Positions 9,412-18,383 of a stretch of DNA of 64,000 nt are shown one piece after another. Both the position numbers and the translations under genes were made by a program. The notes under the pieces are model-generated. The model saw only the letters and a program-made list of their open reading frames with translations, did no database searches and had not been told where the DNA came from. The stretch comes from a virus, in IMG/VR virus record IMGVR_UViG_3300045988_106851, positions 1 to 64,000 of that record; one strand, given 5' to 3'. The first letter of the stretch is position 1. Each line of letters starts with the position of its first letter.

Positions 9412-9676
9412 GATATTACATATTTAATACGTTGAACATACGTTGCATATGGCTTTTATTCCAAAAGACCTCATTTTCATGTATTTCTCAGTCAGTGTAT
9501 TTTGTTGTTATGGGAATTATTTATAACTTTGTTGTATTTATCTTTTCGGGTAACTCGGTATGCGAGAGCTCGATTCCGGCACTTGTTGCAGATGAACCCA
9601 AGTTAGGGCAGCATATCTGCCGCTAACTATTTAATCTGGCTGACTTTTCTTTTCTAATGTCCTGGCTACGAACGTG

Positions 9677-10465
9677 TCAGAACAATCCCCACTCTGCGAA
9701 TTTCTCGGAACCACCAACCTTGTTGATATAGTTTCGTGCAATCTCGACAATCTCCGAGTAAGGCTTCCCATCAATCTCTGTATCACCAATGGCACAGAAT
9801 AACTCCACAGGCTTGCCTGTTTTTTGAGCTTTCAAGAAAGCGTAGATGTTGACGGAAACATCAGCTTTGCTTAGGTCCTTGCCCTGCACTCCACCGCCCG
9901 AAACAGATTGAGCCATATCAGAGCCAAGTTTGCGGTTTGTAGCACCCGCGTCAACGTCTGTTCCACCTGTCCAATCTCCAAGAGGATTGATAACAGCATT
10001 TGGATAGAGCTTCTTTAAGTCCTCAGTCTTGGCGTTACTTTGACAGATAATCAATTTACCGTCAGCTAATACATACTTGCCATCTGAAGGATAACGCTCA
10101 TAGATGTCGTGGGCTATTTTGCTGAGGGTACGCTCCTCCTCTGTGAGTGGAACGCCTCGGAAAATACCATTGTCGCCACAACGAATAGCTCCGTCTTGGT
10201 TGCTTGCAAGGATAGGGTCTTGAGCTACCATAACGAGAGATACTTTCAAGTCTGTTCGTTTAGTGATACGCCAAACAATAGCCTCAGCCTCAGCGTCTGA
10301 AATGTTCACGCTACTCTCAATGATGATGTTTACTACACCATGTCCAAGCAGTACTTCAACTGCTATTTTCGGATTCTCTTCTTTCTTGTACGCAAGGTCA
10401 ACGATAGCACCAGCAATGCGGTCTGCCACCTTGTCGGGGTGTTGCGGGTTTACTTTTTCTATCAT
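9677..10465 (-). CDS. compact S-adenosylmethionine synthetase (MetK) homologue
   Basis: QHPDKVADRIAGAIVD (MetK GHPDKIADQISDAVLD), GDNGIF (GAGDQGLMFGYA region), GGTDVDAGATNRKLG (GGPMGDCGLTGRKI) and SGGGVQGKDLSKADVS (HGGGAFSGKDPSKVDRS). Only 262 aa. Confidence 0.8.
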   Translation of the reverse strand: MIEKVNPQHPDKVADRIAGAIVDLAYKKEENPKIAVEVLLGHGVVNIIIESSVNISDAEAEAIVWRITKRTDLKVSLVMVAQDPILASNQDGAIRCGDNGIFRGVPLTEEERTLSKIAHDIYERYPSDGKYVLADGKLIICQSNAKTEDLKKLYPNAVINPLGDWTGGTDVDAGATNRKLGSDMAQSVSGGGVQGKDLSKADVSVNIYAFLKAQKTGKPVELFCAIGDTEIDGKPYSEIVEIARNYINKVGGSEKFAEWGLF

Positions 10466-10475
10466 TTCTTTTAGT

Positions 10476-10886
10476 TTAAATTTTTATTTTATATTTGGCA
10501 ATGTTAAAGTTTCGTGGGAATATAATTTCATCTTCTGCGCCTCCTATTACAAGACAGTGAGTACCCTTGGGAATGCGGTACGCATACATGTGCTTAGAAC
10601 CGTACATTCCCGAAGAAAAGTGCTCTGCTACGGTTGCCATACGGGAGGTGCTTGTGTATCCTTTATTTGTTGCAGTCGGTTTATTCTGTGTACCACGAAA
10701 CACTGTTACGTCCTTAGAAAGAGTTGTCCTTTGTATTATCTTGTCAAGCTGTTGTTTTACGGCCTCTTCTTTTTTGTCAAGAGGTCTGTTGCTGCGCAAT
10801 TTTTCGTTAATGCTTTCAAAGCCCCATCTTTGATATTCTGCCACAGCGTTCTTTTCGTCTTCGTTTTTGAGCTTAGTAGGCATCAT
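10476..10886 (-). CDS. stand-alone ADP-ribosyltransferase (R-S-E type)
   Basis: VTVFRGTQ (Arg), GYTSTSRM (STS) and GGAEDEIIFPRN (ExE), in canonical order and spacing. 136 aa. Confidence 0.8.
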   Translation of the reverse strand: MMPTKLKNEDEKNAVAEYQRWGFESINEKLRSNRPLDKKEEAVKQQLDKIIQRTTLSKDVTVFRGTQNKPTATNKGYTSTSRMATVAEHFSSGMYGSKHMYAYRIPKGTHCLVIGGAEDEIIFPRNFNIAKYKIKI

Positions 10887-11058
10887 TGAATATTGTTTTT
10901 GCTCCTCGTCGTAAACTTTATCAAAGACTTCTCTATACCTATTTTGGTTCTTCTCGGATCATCCTTCCTTTTGGACCATATTTAATAAAGCTAACACATT
11001 TGTACCAATGTGAGATTTGACGTTGTACCTTTTAGGTATTCGTGTCGAGCCACTTCCT

Positions 11059-12405
11059 TTACTCATTTTCGTTTTCCTTTATTTTTTCGGCCTTTTTGCC
11101 TGTGTAGGTTTCCCAACGGTTGATGATAACATCGCAATAATGTGGGTCAAGCTCCATTGAGAAACCCTTGCGGTTGAGTTGTTCGCACGCCATGATTGTT
11201 GTACCGCTACCACCGAAGCTGTCGTATACATTCCAGCCTTCCTGTGATGAGTTCTGAATAAGATATGCGAAGAGTGGAATAGGTTTCATGGTCGGATGTT
11301 CGACACTCTTGGTCGGTCGGTCAAACTCCATAACGGTAGTTTGTTTTCTGTCACTGAACCAATTATGGCTTGCTCCCTTTTTCCAACCATACAAGCAAGG
11401 TTCATGTCGCCATTGGTAGTCTTGTCTTCCGAGCACCATAGAGTTCTTAGCCCATATAAGGTTCTCACGTAACTCCAAATCAACAGTATTAATAAGGGCT
11501 TTTCTGAACCAATAGGAGTAGCCATCACTGTGGAATATATAGAAGGAGGCCCCTTTCCTCATGTTGGCGTTTGCAGCATTAAAGGCGTTTGTCAAGAACT
11601 GCTCGAACTTGTCGTTATCCATTTTGTCATTCAAGACAACAAGCCCGTCTTTACGATGGCCTTCAGTTGCACTGTTGTCGTATCCATAGGCTACATTATA
11701 AGGAGGGTCGGTTAGGTAGAGTTGTATCTGCTGACCATCAAGAAGCAATGCCACTTGCGCGGCATCCGTTGAGTCGCCGCACATAAGGCGATGTTGCCCT
11801 AACTGCCAAATGTCTCCAAGTTTGCACTTAGTCTCAATTTCATGCTCATTCTCATCATAGTTGTCATCTTCTGTTTCTTTGCGCTCTGACATCTGTTCGA
11901 CAGGTTCTGTGTCGGTTAAAAAGGAGCAATCCACTCCCCAATCTTGCAACTCATCGACTGTCCAGTCGCCGTTAGCAAGCTCATCCCAATCCCAGTTACC
12001 TGCTTGTACGTTGTCCTTGATAGCATACTCCTTGATTTTCTGAATTGGGGTATCGGTCTTCAAGACGAAACAAGGCAGCTTATCGAAGTTCGTATTTCCA
12101 CCGATGCGTAACTCGTTAGCCACTCTGAGGCGCATATTACCGCAGATGGTGACGTATGTACCATCCTCCAAGCCATAAACCATCAAAGGCTTGTACTCTA
12201 AGAACTCTGGGCTATCGGCGAGTGACTTGACGAGATTGTCGTGCTCGCTCTCCTTTAAGTAGCGAGGGTTCTTTGGAACGCCATCAATCTGCCCCTCATT
12301 ATAGAGGAGCTTTGTAATGTCAATCATTTCACGTAAACCCAGCTTTACAAGAAGCTCATCCTTTGCGATGTATGGGTTCTGAGAGATTTTCTTTTCTCTT
12401 GACAT
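11059..12405 (-). CDS. ParB-N domain-fused DNA N6-adenine/N4-cytosine methyltransferase
   Basis: N-terminal ParB-like ICGNMRLRVANEL. Catalytic LYLTDPPYNVAYG (DPPY) is followed by SAM-binding DSFGGSGTT, which is the beta-class motif order. Confidence 0.9.
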   Translation of the reverse strand: MSREKKISQNPYIAKDELLVKLGLREMIDITKLLYNEGQIDGVPKNPRYLKESEHDNLVKSLADSPEFLEYKPLMVYGLEDGTYVTICGNMRLRVANELRIGGNTNFDKLPCFVLKTDTPIQKIKEYAIKDNVQAGNWDWDELANGDWTVDELQDWGVDCSFLTDTEPVEQMSERKETEDDNYDENEHEIETKCKLGDIWQLGQHRLMCGDSTDAAQVALLLDGQQIQLYLTDPPYNVAYGYDNSATEGHRKDGLVVLNDKMDNDKFEQFLTNAFNAANANMRKGASFYIFHSDGYSYWFRKALINTVDLELRENLIWAKNSMVLGRQDYQWRHEPCLYGWKKGASHNWFSDRKQTTVMEFDRPTKSVEHPTMKPIPLFAYLIQNSSQEGWNVYDSFGGSGTTIMACEQLNRKGFSMELDPHYCDVIINRWETYTGKKAEKIKENENE

Positions 12406-12424
12406 AACTTTTCGTGTTTAATAA

Positions 12425-13189
12425 TTATTTTCCCTTAATCCGTTCACATCCATCAGTCATTCTAAAGTCCTCCATTTGTCTACTGAAAGGAGTTAACTTA
12501 TCAATTTGTTCTTGAATAGAAAAATCCTCATTGAAGAAAGCAATGCCCTCGTGTATCTTCTTTATCGCCTGTATCTTCTTTTTAGTAGTCACAACAGGGT
12601 TTATATATATGCAGCCATGCTGTTGGGCAAAACGCCTACAGCTATTGCCTCCACCATATATGACGAACAACGGCTTCTCCCCCTCTGCCCAGTCCTCAGC
12701 AATGGATAGCTCAAAGGCGAGGTTACTGAGGCGGTCAGAATAGCCACGAGTAGCGAATGCACGCCACCCACGAGGCACTCCTATCATGTTAAGTTGATAA
12801 TATTTCTGTGCCACGTTCAGGTCAACGAATATGCCTATGCCTCGTTGTTGCATTGCTCGCCCAATCCAACGTTTCTTATAAAGAGCTTGCATTCCAAATG
12901 CTATTGGCATCTCGTTGAAAAGCGAGAAATTTGGTTCTACAATATTACTTGGGTGATGTCGCAAAATCTTATCTGGGTGTTCATACACCACACTGAAGCG
13001 ATAATCATCCGTGTAGAAATGTAGCGTACCTTGCCCGTTAAGATTGAAAGTCCTGGTCTGTTCACCGAAGCATAAGAAAGGAATATCACAAGTTTGCGCT
13101 TGCATATTCAAATCCAATGTCGGGATTTCCAAGTCGTTGTCGCATGGGAATAACTGGTCTGGTATTAAGGGAGTGTAGCTGTCATTCAT
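12425..13189 (-). CDS. DUF4417-like protein
   Basis: TLHFYTDDYRF...NFSLF...KKRWIGRAMQQRGIGIFVDL resembles DUF4417, which is commonly next to phage ParB-methylases (recollection-level match). The ATG at 13189 overlaps the upstream stop. Confidence 0.5.
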   Translation of the reverse strand: MNDSYTPLIPDQLFPCDNDLEIPTLDLNMQAQTCDIPFLCFGEQTRTFNLNGQGTLHFYTDDYRFSVVYEHPDKILRHHPSNIVEPNFSLFNEMPIAFGMQALYKKRWIGRAMQQRGIGIFVDLNVAQKYYQLNMIGVPRGWRAFATRGYSDRLSNLAFELSIAEDWAEGEKPLFVIYGGGNSCRRFAQQHGCIYINPVVTTKKKIQAIKKIHEGIAFFNEDFSIQEQIDKLTPFSRQMEDFRMTDGCERIKGK

Positions 13190-13475
13190 ATTGTTGAATT
13201 TTGTCGTTAATCGCCGTGTATAACATCGTGACGTATTTATCCCTGCTGTCCAAATAGCCGCCATACCTATTAGCTTGATTTATCACGTTCCCTCGCGAAC
13301 GCCCAAGCCTCTCTCCAGCTAAGGTAGGGTGTATTCCGTCTCTCCTCGCCATAAAGCAAAAAATTCCCCTAAGGCTATTGAGAAGAACTGTCTTCTTACG
13401 CGAGCACAATTGTTCAGGTGAGATTCCCCCAACCTCACAAACGGCTTGTTCAATAGTTGATAAGCTATGCTCCAT
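13182..13475 (-). CDS. DnaA C-terminal-like helix-turn-helix protein
   Basis: ISPEQLCSRKKTVLLNSLRGIFCFMARRDGIHPTLAGERLGRSRGNV resembles the DnaA domain IV pattern. The ATG at 13475 begins MEHSL. Confidence 0.5.
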   Translation of the reverse strand: MEHSLSTIEQAVCEVGGISPEQLCSRKKTVLLNSLRGIFCFMARRDGIHPTLAGERLGRSRGNVINQANRYGGYLDSRDKYVTMLYTAINDKIQQYE

Positions 13476-13602
13476 TTTTAATCCTATTAATAACCGCCAC
13501 AAAATTAACAATAAACTATCAATAAACAAGGGTTGATTCCTTAAAATATATTAAATCCTAAATTTTATTCTTAGTATATTTTTTTATCTGAACAGTTTTT
13601 AT

Positions 13603-13610
13603 TATCTTTG
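13603..13610 (+). promoter_or_regulatory. Bacteroidota-type -7 box candidate (TATCTTTG)
   Basis: TAnnTTTG in an AT-rich divergent intergenic region at the head of the long plus-strand early operon. Confidence 0.4.
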
Positions 13611-13784
13611 CAATGTGTTTAAGAGAAATGACTATTAGTCAGACACCTCGATACACCACCAAACAAGAGACAGGTCAAGTCTTGCGAGGCGCATAACTTA
13701 GGATTTACGTGAGGTCGGAAGACCTACTAAATACGGAGCGGCAGAAAAACTTGACCTTTTCTGTCGCTTTTGCTTTTTGGTAAG

Positions 13785-14543
13785 ATGCAAATAAGAAAGA
13801 AGATATTGGATGAAATATATCGCAATCCCGAGTTAAGGAAGGCAATTGCATTCTCCCTCTATATGAAGTCAAGGGTAGTATCTTCTTCCGTCCCACATTT
13901 TACTATCAATAAATTACACGAGATAAGTGGCGTAAGCGCAACAACTATTAAAAAAAGATTGCGCATACTCAGACAACATAATATGGTTTCTTTCACAGGT
14001 AAAGGAGGCCATTGTATTGTCTTCAATTCTTTAAGAAGTCACACTTCTCATAGGAATATCTGTATTAAAGATATTGACTTTATCGCAGACCATTGCTCAC
14101 ATAAAAACACAAATGCTCAAAATGTAAAATTCATAGATGATATATTAACGGCATTACTTATAATTGAAATCCAAAATCACAAGAATTTCGCAAGGCAAAT
14201 GATTCAGCAGTCGGAGCAACCTAAAGGCTTGAATGAACTAAAGATAGCTAAGAAAGCTTGCAATCTTTTTGGCTACAGCGATAAATTCTCGGACAATGGC
14301 ATTTCTTACAAGTATATGGCTCAAAAAATAGGATGTGGTCTTCAAAAAGCATTTGATATTGTTAAGTTCGCCACAAAGGAACAGATTTTAGTCAAGTTTA
14401 GAAACGTGCAAAAATTTTATTTCCCTGGCGCAAAATTTATCAAAGAAGAATTACTTAGAATATACACATATATAAAAGGTAACACTGCCTATAAAGTTAG
14501 TGCTAATCGCTATCAACTCTGCGATGGTATGGTATTTATTTAG
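13785..14543 (+). CDS. putative winged-helix DNA-binding / replication-associated protein
   Basis: N-terminal HTH-like INKLHEISGVSATTIKKRLRILRQHNMV. First gene of the early operon. Function is inferred from position only. Confidence 0.4.
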   Translation: MQIRKKILDEIYRNPELRKAIAFSLYMKSRVVSSSVPHFTINKLHEISGVSATTIKKRLRILRQHNMVSFTGKGGHCIVFNSLRSHTSHRNICIKDIDFIADHCSHKNTNAQNVKFIDDILTALLIIEIQNHKNFARQMIQQSEQPKGLNELKIAKKACNLFGYSDKFSDNGISYKYMAQKIGCGLQKAFDIVKFATKEQILVKFRNVQKFYFPGAKFIKEELLRIYTYIKGNTAYKVSANRYQLCDGMVFI

Positions 14544-14567
14544 ATTATGAAAAAGTAAGATTAAAAA

Positions 14568-14882
14568 ATGGCAAAAATAAAAAATATGGTAACGAAAACA
14601 ACTATCGCCGAGACCCTTAAAGAGGTCATGGCAAAAAAGGACATCAAGCTCACGGTTGCGGAGAGCAACCTCTGTGTGACTACGGTCTTCCAGGCCGTCA
14701 AGAACGCTCTCGTCAACGCTGGCGAGGTACGCATCGACGGCTTCGGAACGTTCAAGAGCGTTGACAAGCCAGAGCGTACCGGAAGGAACCCTCGAACGGG
14801 TCAATCTATCACAATAGCAGCGCACAAAGATGTCGTATTCAAAGCAGCAAAAGCCTTGAAGATTACTGTGAACAACAAGTAG
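14568..14882 (+). CDS. hup: HU/IHF family DNA-binding protein
   Basis: GEVRIDGFGTFKSVDKPERTGRNPRTGQSITIAAHKDVVFKAAKALK is the canonical HU beta-arm signature. Confidence 0.9.
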   Translation: MAKIKNMVTKTTIAETLKEVMAKKDIKLTVAESNLCVTTVFQAVKNALVNAGEVRIDGFGTFKSVDKPERTGRNPRTGQSITIAAHKDVVFKAAKALKITVNNK

Positions 14883-14969
14883 ACGTTATTTATTTAGTTC
14901 ATTTTTTATTTTTAATGTTATATTTTTCATTCCATCTGTAAAGGGCCTGGGAGTTTTATTCTGATACGT

Positions 14970-15329
14970 ATGAAGATATTTTATGATACCTACAAAGACA
15001 TCTTTGCCTTCGCAAAAAAGGCGTTCAAAGGCACAGCCCTCGGCATATCTCGTTTACTGTGGACGGTTGTCTTACTCGTGGTCAACAGTGCGAGGTTCGC
15101 GTTCCTATGGCTTTCTGAGGTTATCAGGAAGAAGCCGATGGTGACGCTGCTCGTGTTCGCGGGGTTGCTCCTTGCGACAAACAGCGTGAACTACGCTTCC
15201 ATGAAAGCCAAGCTCACCACGGCCGAGTGGCGTTACGACCGTCTCCGCATCCACATGGATAGCGTCTACGAGGCATACAACATCCACAGCTCCTATTCCC
15301 GTATCGTCTCCTACGAGGAAGCGAAATAA
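14970..15329 (+). CDS. membrane protein, hypothetical
   Basis: Two hydrophobic helices (LLWTVVLLVVNSARFAFLW and MVTLLVFAGLLLATN). Confidence 0.5.
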   Translation: MKIFYDTYKDIFAFAKKAFKGTALGISRLLWTVVLLVVNSARFAFLWLSEVIRKKPMVTLLVFAGLLLATNSVNYASMKAKLTTAEWRYDRLRIHMDSVYEAYNIHSSYSRIVSYEEAK

Positions 15330-15353
15330 TCGACCCACAAAAACATTAACCAA

Positions 15354-15590
15354 ATGGAAATATCCGATGACATACAGTTAGGCACGCGCATCACCTTGCA
15401 GGTTTCCGAGGGCAGCTGCGATGATTGCTTCTTCGCCAAGCTTGACTACGACCTCCGCGTAGATTGCTGCTACCGCATAAAATGCCAGGCTGCGCGTCGC
15501 AGAGACAAAAAAAACGTGGCATTCAAATTGGTCGAGGGCAGTGCCACCGAGCCGAACATGCCCATTGAACATAAAAAAACACAGCAATGA
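15354..15590 (+). CDS. hypothetical Cys-rich protein
   Basis: 78 aa containing CDDCFF...DCCYRIKC. The stop overlaps the next ATG (ATGA). Confidence 0.45.
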   Translation: MEISDDIQLGTRITLQVSEGSCDDCFFAKLDYDLRVDCCYRIKCQAARRRDKKNVAFKLVEGSATEPNMPIEHKKTQQ

Positions 15591-15826
15591 ACAGTAAAAA
15601 GCACAATAATAGGGAACAGGCGATACAAGGGTTCTTGAAGGACTTATGGCATCCCGCCAATGAGCAACCGAAACATTCCAAGTGGATTATGACACAGTTT
15701 CTCGACGATGACAATGATATTGCCTTTGAGATAGACATTGCCGGGCCTCTTATAGAGTGGAGGGAATATGCCAAGAAGTACAGAATCGTAAAGTGGCTAT
15801 ATGTCGATGACATCTTGCCACAGTAA
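15587..15826 (+). CDS. hypothetical protein (FLKDLWH / WLYxDDxLP family)
   Basis: Shares AIQGFLKDLWH...KWLYVDDILPQ with the C-terminal half of the 17715-18062 product. Confidence 0.5.
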   Translation: MNSKKHNNREQAIQGFLKDLWHPANEQPKHSKWIMTQFLDDDNDIAFEIDIAGPLIEWREYAKKYRIVKWLYVDDILPQ

Positions 15827-15858
15827 GGAGATAAGAAGTTTAACGAAATATAAACAAT

Positions 15859-16083
15859 ATGGCATGGGTATGTGTAGGATATAGTGGTGAAGAACTTGTG
15901 TTCGTCAATAAGCCGCATAGAAGAATTAGCAAAAACGAGTTCTTTTTTGATGAAAATGACATATATAAACACGAATGGATAGATGATAAATATTGTGGCT
16001 GCATAAATCTTCCCAAAGGCAGCATCAAGAAGCTCATCGGAAAGGACTTGTCTTGGGACGATGAGCCTGTAGAACTTAAATAA
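15859..16083 (+). CDS. hypothetical protein
   Basis: 74-codon ORF in the operon orientation. Confidence 0.4.
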   Translation: MAWVCVGYSGEELVFVNKPHRRISKNEFFFDENDIYKHEWIDDKYCGCINLPKGSIKKLIGKDLSWDDEPVELK

Positions 16084-16091
16084 GAGTAGTT

Positions 16092-16379
16092 ATGGTTAAA
16101 CCCTACAGAATCAAACACAAAGCAAGTAGATATTATTATCAACGTTACAACGGAAGTAACCTTGGCAAGAAAGGTAAGGTGTATATGAATAATCAATCAC
16201 CACTTACAATGTGCGATAATGAGAACTTTATACGTATTCAGATCCGTCACAACACTTTAGCTTATAAAGCATTGAGAAATATGCTTTCCAAATATGCTAT
16301 AGGGAAAGATGATGAAAATGAATGGCATAGTACATCTTACAGAGTTCCGAAAAGTGAATTTGAAAAAGAAGAATTATAG
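16092..16379 (+). CDS. hypothetical protein
   Basis: 95-codon ORF in the operon orientation. Confidence 0.4.
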   Translation: MVKPYRIKHKASRYYYQRYNGSNLGKKGKVYMNNQSPLTMCDNENFIRIQIRHNTLAYKALRNMLSKYAIGKDDENEWHSTSYRVPKSEFEKEEL

Positions 16380-16382
16380 TTT

Positions 16383-16460
16383 ATGAAAATAGAAGATATT
16401 AAGTTCAAGGCTAAACGTCTTGATACTGGAGAATGTGTAGAAGATGACTTAAAAATATAA
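16383..16460 (+). CDS. 25-codon mini-ORF with a YopX-like N-terminal motif (possibly a remnant)
   Basis: MKIEDIKFKAKRLDTGECVEDDLKI. The IKF(K/R)xK..D.GE pattern is typical of YopX-family N-termini. A paralogous mini-ORF is at 18609-18695. Confidence 0.3.
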   Translation: MKIEDIKFKAKRLDTGECVEDDLKI

Positions 16461-16464
16461 TAGT

Positions 16465-16803
16465 ATGGAAAAAGAACAATTACATTCAGCCTTACTTCTT
16501 CTAATGAGTAAATTAGAAGATATTAAGAGCAATCCAATGCACGACAAAACGTTCGTTGTTGCATTAACGGAAGTACTACGATACTTTCGTGACAATGGTG
16601 AATTAAGGGAGGCTTATAAACAACATAAAGCTATAATAGCTGATATGGAAAAGCAACCTTTCTGTAAAGCTATCATGGATATGTTCTGTGCGAAGATTAC
16701 CACTGAGCATCCAGAACTTCCTCCTCTTAATATGAAAGAAACTATAGAGAAATTATCCTCAGATGAGTTTATTGACAATAAAATTAAAAATGTGTTAGGG
16801 TGA
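16465..16803 (+). CDS. hypothetical protein
   Basis: 112-codon ORF in the operon orientation. Confidence 0.45.
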   Translation: MEKEQLHSALLLLMSKLEDIKSNPMHDKTFVVALTEVLRYFRDNGELREAYKQHKAIIADMEKQPFCKAIMDMFCAKITTEHPELPPLNMKETIEKLSSDEFIDNKIKNVLG

Positions 16804-16860
16804 ACTACCCAAAAGCTAAAGACTTGCAGGTTTTACGACACTGATTATAAACAATTATAA
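16804..16860 (+). repeat. conserved intergenic cassette, copy 1 (hairpin plus T-run plus TATAAA)
   Basis: ACTACC..GCTAAAGAC(T)tgcaGGTTTTACGaCACTgAtTATAAA aligns with 18554-18608. The stem keeps pairing through a T/C change. Confidence 0.6.
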
Positions 16861-16869
16861 ATATAGCTT

Positions 16870-17718
16870 ATGAGATACATGAGAAAAACGCCAGTAGAGG
16901 CTATCCAGTGGAAGGGGGACAATCAGAAAGAAGTCTCTAATTTTATCAGTCCTACTACCGAGTCCTATTGTACTACGCTGGACGACCGTTACGGCAACCT
17001 TGATATATCCTACGCAGACCTTAAGGGGCGTAATTTTAATGCTGTCGTTCCTAAGTTCGGATGGGTTGTGAGAGATGGCAAAACCTTTCAGTTCTACAAG
17101 GATGCCACATTTAGAAAGACCTTTGGAAAAGTGCAGAAAGACGATTACAAAGGCATTGACAGGGAAGGCATGAGCAATACCCTCAAGGAGGCTCTTGACG
17201 GTTGTGATGAGCTTTTCAAAGGCTTTAAGGATGTCTTTAGAGCGGAGCCATACAAGGAGACTTTGGGCGCAGGAGTATGTATCACCCCCGACCATATAAA
17301 GATTGACAACCTTTACAAAGGCTATGAAAAGACCCACGAGGAAGTCAAGCTCTCTGATGGATTGAAAGAGATGGCAAGCAACAAAGAGAAAGAGTACTCG
17401 CATGGCAAAGCAAAAGGTATCGAATCCGACACCTTTGAGTCCGTTCTCAACGAAATGAGAAACCTTCACGCCAAGAAGAACAAGGACTACGGTGACGCGT
17501 TCCACAAGAGCTTCGAGGAGTTCGGTGTTACTGCCGGTGTTGTACGCCTTAATGATAAGATGGAGCGTGTGAAGAGTCTTGTGAAGAATGGCAAGGCGGA
17601 AGTCAAGGACGAGAGTCTGATGGACACGTTGAAGGACATGGCAAGCTATGCTGTCATGTTGTATGTGGAACTTAAAAATAAAGAACGGAGAATTTGTAGT
17701 AGCGGAGAATTATTATGA
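16870..17718 (+). CDS. protein with a C-terminal all-alpha MazG/DUF1599-like domain
   Basis: NLHAKKNKDYGDAF...GVVRLNDKMERVKSL...LKDMASYAVM fits the KxxDYG...RxxDKxxR pattern of MazG-like/DUF1599 domains (recollection-level match). Confidence 0.45.
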   Translation: MRYMRKTPVEAIQWKGDNQKEVSNFISPTTESYCTTLDDRYGNLDISYADLKGRNFNAVVPKFGWVVRDGKTFQFYKDATFRKTFGKVQKDDYKGIDREGMSNTLKEALDGCDELFKGFKDVFRAEPYKETLGAGVCITPDHIKIDNLYKGYEKTHEEVKLSDGLKEMASNKEKEYSHGKAKGIESDTFESVLNEMRNLHAKKNKDYGDAFHKSFEEFGVTAGVVRLNDKMERVKSLVKNGKAEVKDESLMDTLKDMASYAVMLYVELKNKERRICSSGELL

Positions 17719-18062
17719 TTGACGAAAAGACAATAGACGAGGGTGCAAGAGATTATATCAACAAAAACGGTTATTTTGTCAAGTATGACGAAGACCCTTG
17801 TGTTGATATAGAGTTTGCTTATAAAGAGGGTGCTATGTGGGCTATCAATGAGTTCTTGAAGGACTTGTGGCATAACAATAGTGAGAAGCCTGTAATGAGT
17901 GAGCATGGTATGATACTTGTTGAGCTTAATGATATTACCGCTTGCAAATACTCTTTGTGGCGTAGTACTACAACCTACGAAAGCCTTTGCAACAACGCAG
18001 GATATGTTCACCGTTGGCTCTATATAGATGATTTGCTTCCAAAGAAAGGAGGTGCTGAATGA
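17715..18062 (+). CDS. hypothetical protein (FLKDLWH / WLYxDDxLP family)
   Basis: AINEFLKDLWH...HRWLYIDDLLPKK is paralogous to the 15587-15826 product. Confidence 0.5.
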   Translation: MIDEKTIDEGARDYINKNGYFVKYDEDPCVDIEFAYKEGAMWAINEFLKDLWHNNSEKPVMSEHGMILVELNDITACKYSLWRSTTTYESLCNNAGYVHRWLYIDDLLPKKGGAE

Positions 18063-18265
18063 AACCAGAAGCTATCCTATCCATCATTACATACCTGACT
18101 TTAACGTACATTCTCTATAATACCTTACTTGGATATGCAGACGTTGGCAAAGAGAGCACCATTGGAATACTACTCCGCTTCCCTGCAATGATTTCAGCCC
18201 TATGGATATGCAACCAATTAGCTGACATAAATACTAAGGATGGAGGCGACGATGGACAAGATTAG
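18059..18265 (+). CDS. small membrane protein
   Basis: 68 aa with two hydrophobic helices and an ATGA overlap with the upstream gene. Confidence 0.45.
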   Translation: MKPEAILSIITYLTLTYILYNTLLGYADVGKESTIGILLRFPAMISALWICNQLADINTKDGGDDGQD

Positions 18266-18383
18266 CGAATTGTCATACCTTCACCTTATAGCACAGCTCG
18301 AAGAAGAAAACAGGCTCTTGCGAGACGAGGCAAAACACCTACGCCTCACGATAAAGGATTACTTAAACAAAAAAAACGCATGA
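18252..18383 (+). CDS. 43-aa coiled-coil mini-protein
   Basis: Not in the ORF track because it is under 60 aa. ATG at 18252 gives MDKISELSYLHLIAQLEEENRLLRDEAKHLRLTIKDYLNKKNA. The stop overlaps the next ATG. Confidence 0.35.
   Translation: MDKISELSYLHLIAQLEEENRLLRDEAKHLRLTIKDYLNKKNA

Noticed and set aside
9540-9640. tRNA-like fragment (GAGCTCGATTCCGGCAC resembles a T-loop, GTTCGATTCC) in the 265-bp spacer upstream of TerS
   Set aside because: I could not build a T-stem, an acceptor stem or an anticodon arm around it on either strand. It is probably a chance resemblance, though a tRNAscan-SE run would settle it.
10263-10889. 208-aa plus-strand ORF
   Set aside because: It is antisense to the MetK-like and ART genes, both of which have unambiguous catalytic motifs.
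16855-17505. 216-aa minus-strand ORF
   Set aside because: It is antisense to the 282-aa plus-strand gene, which fits the operon orientation and has a MazG/DUF1599-like motif.
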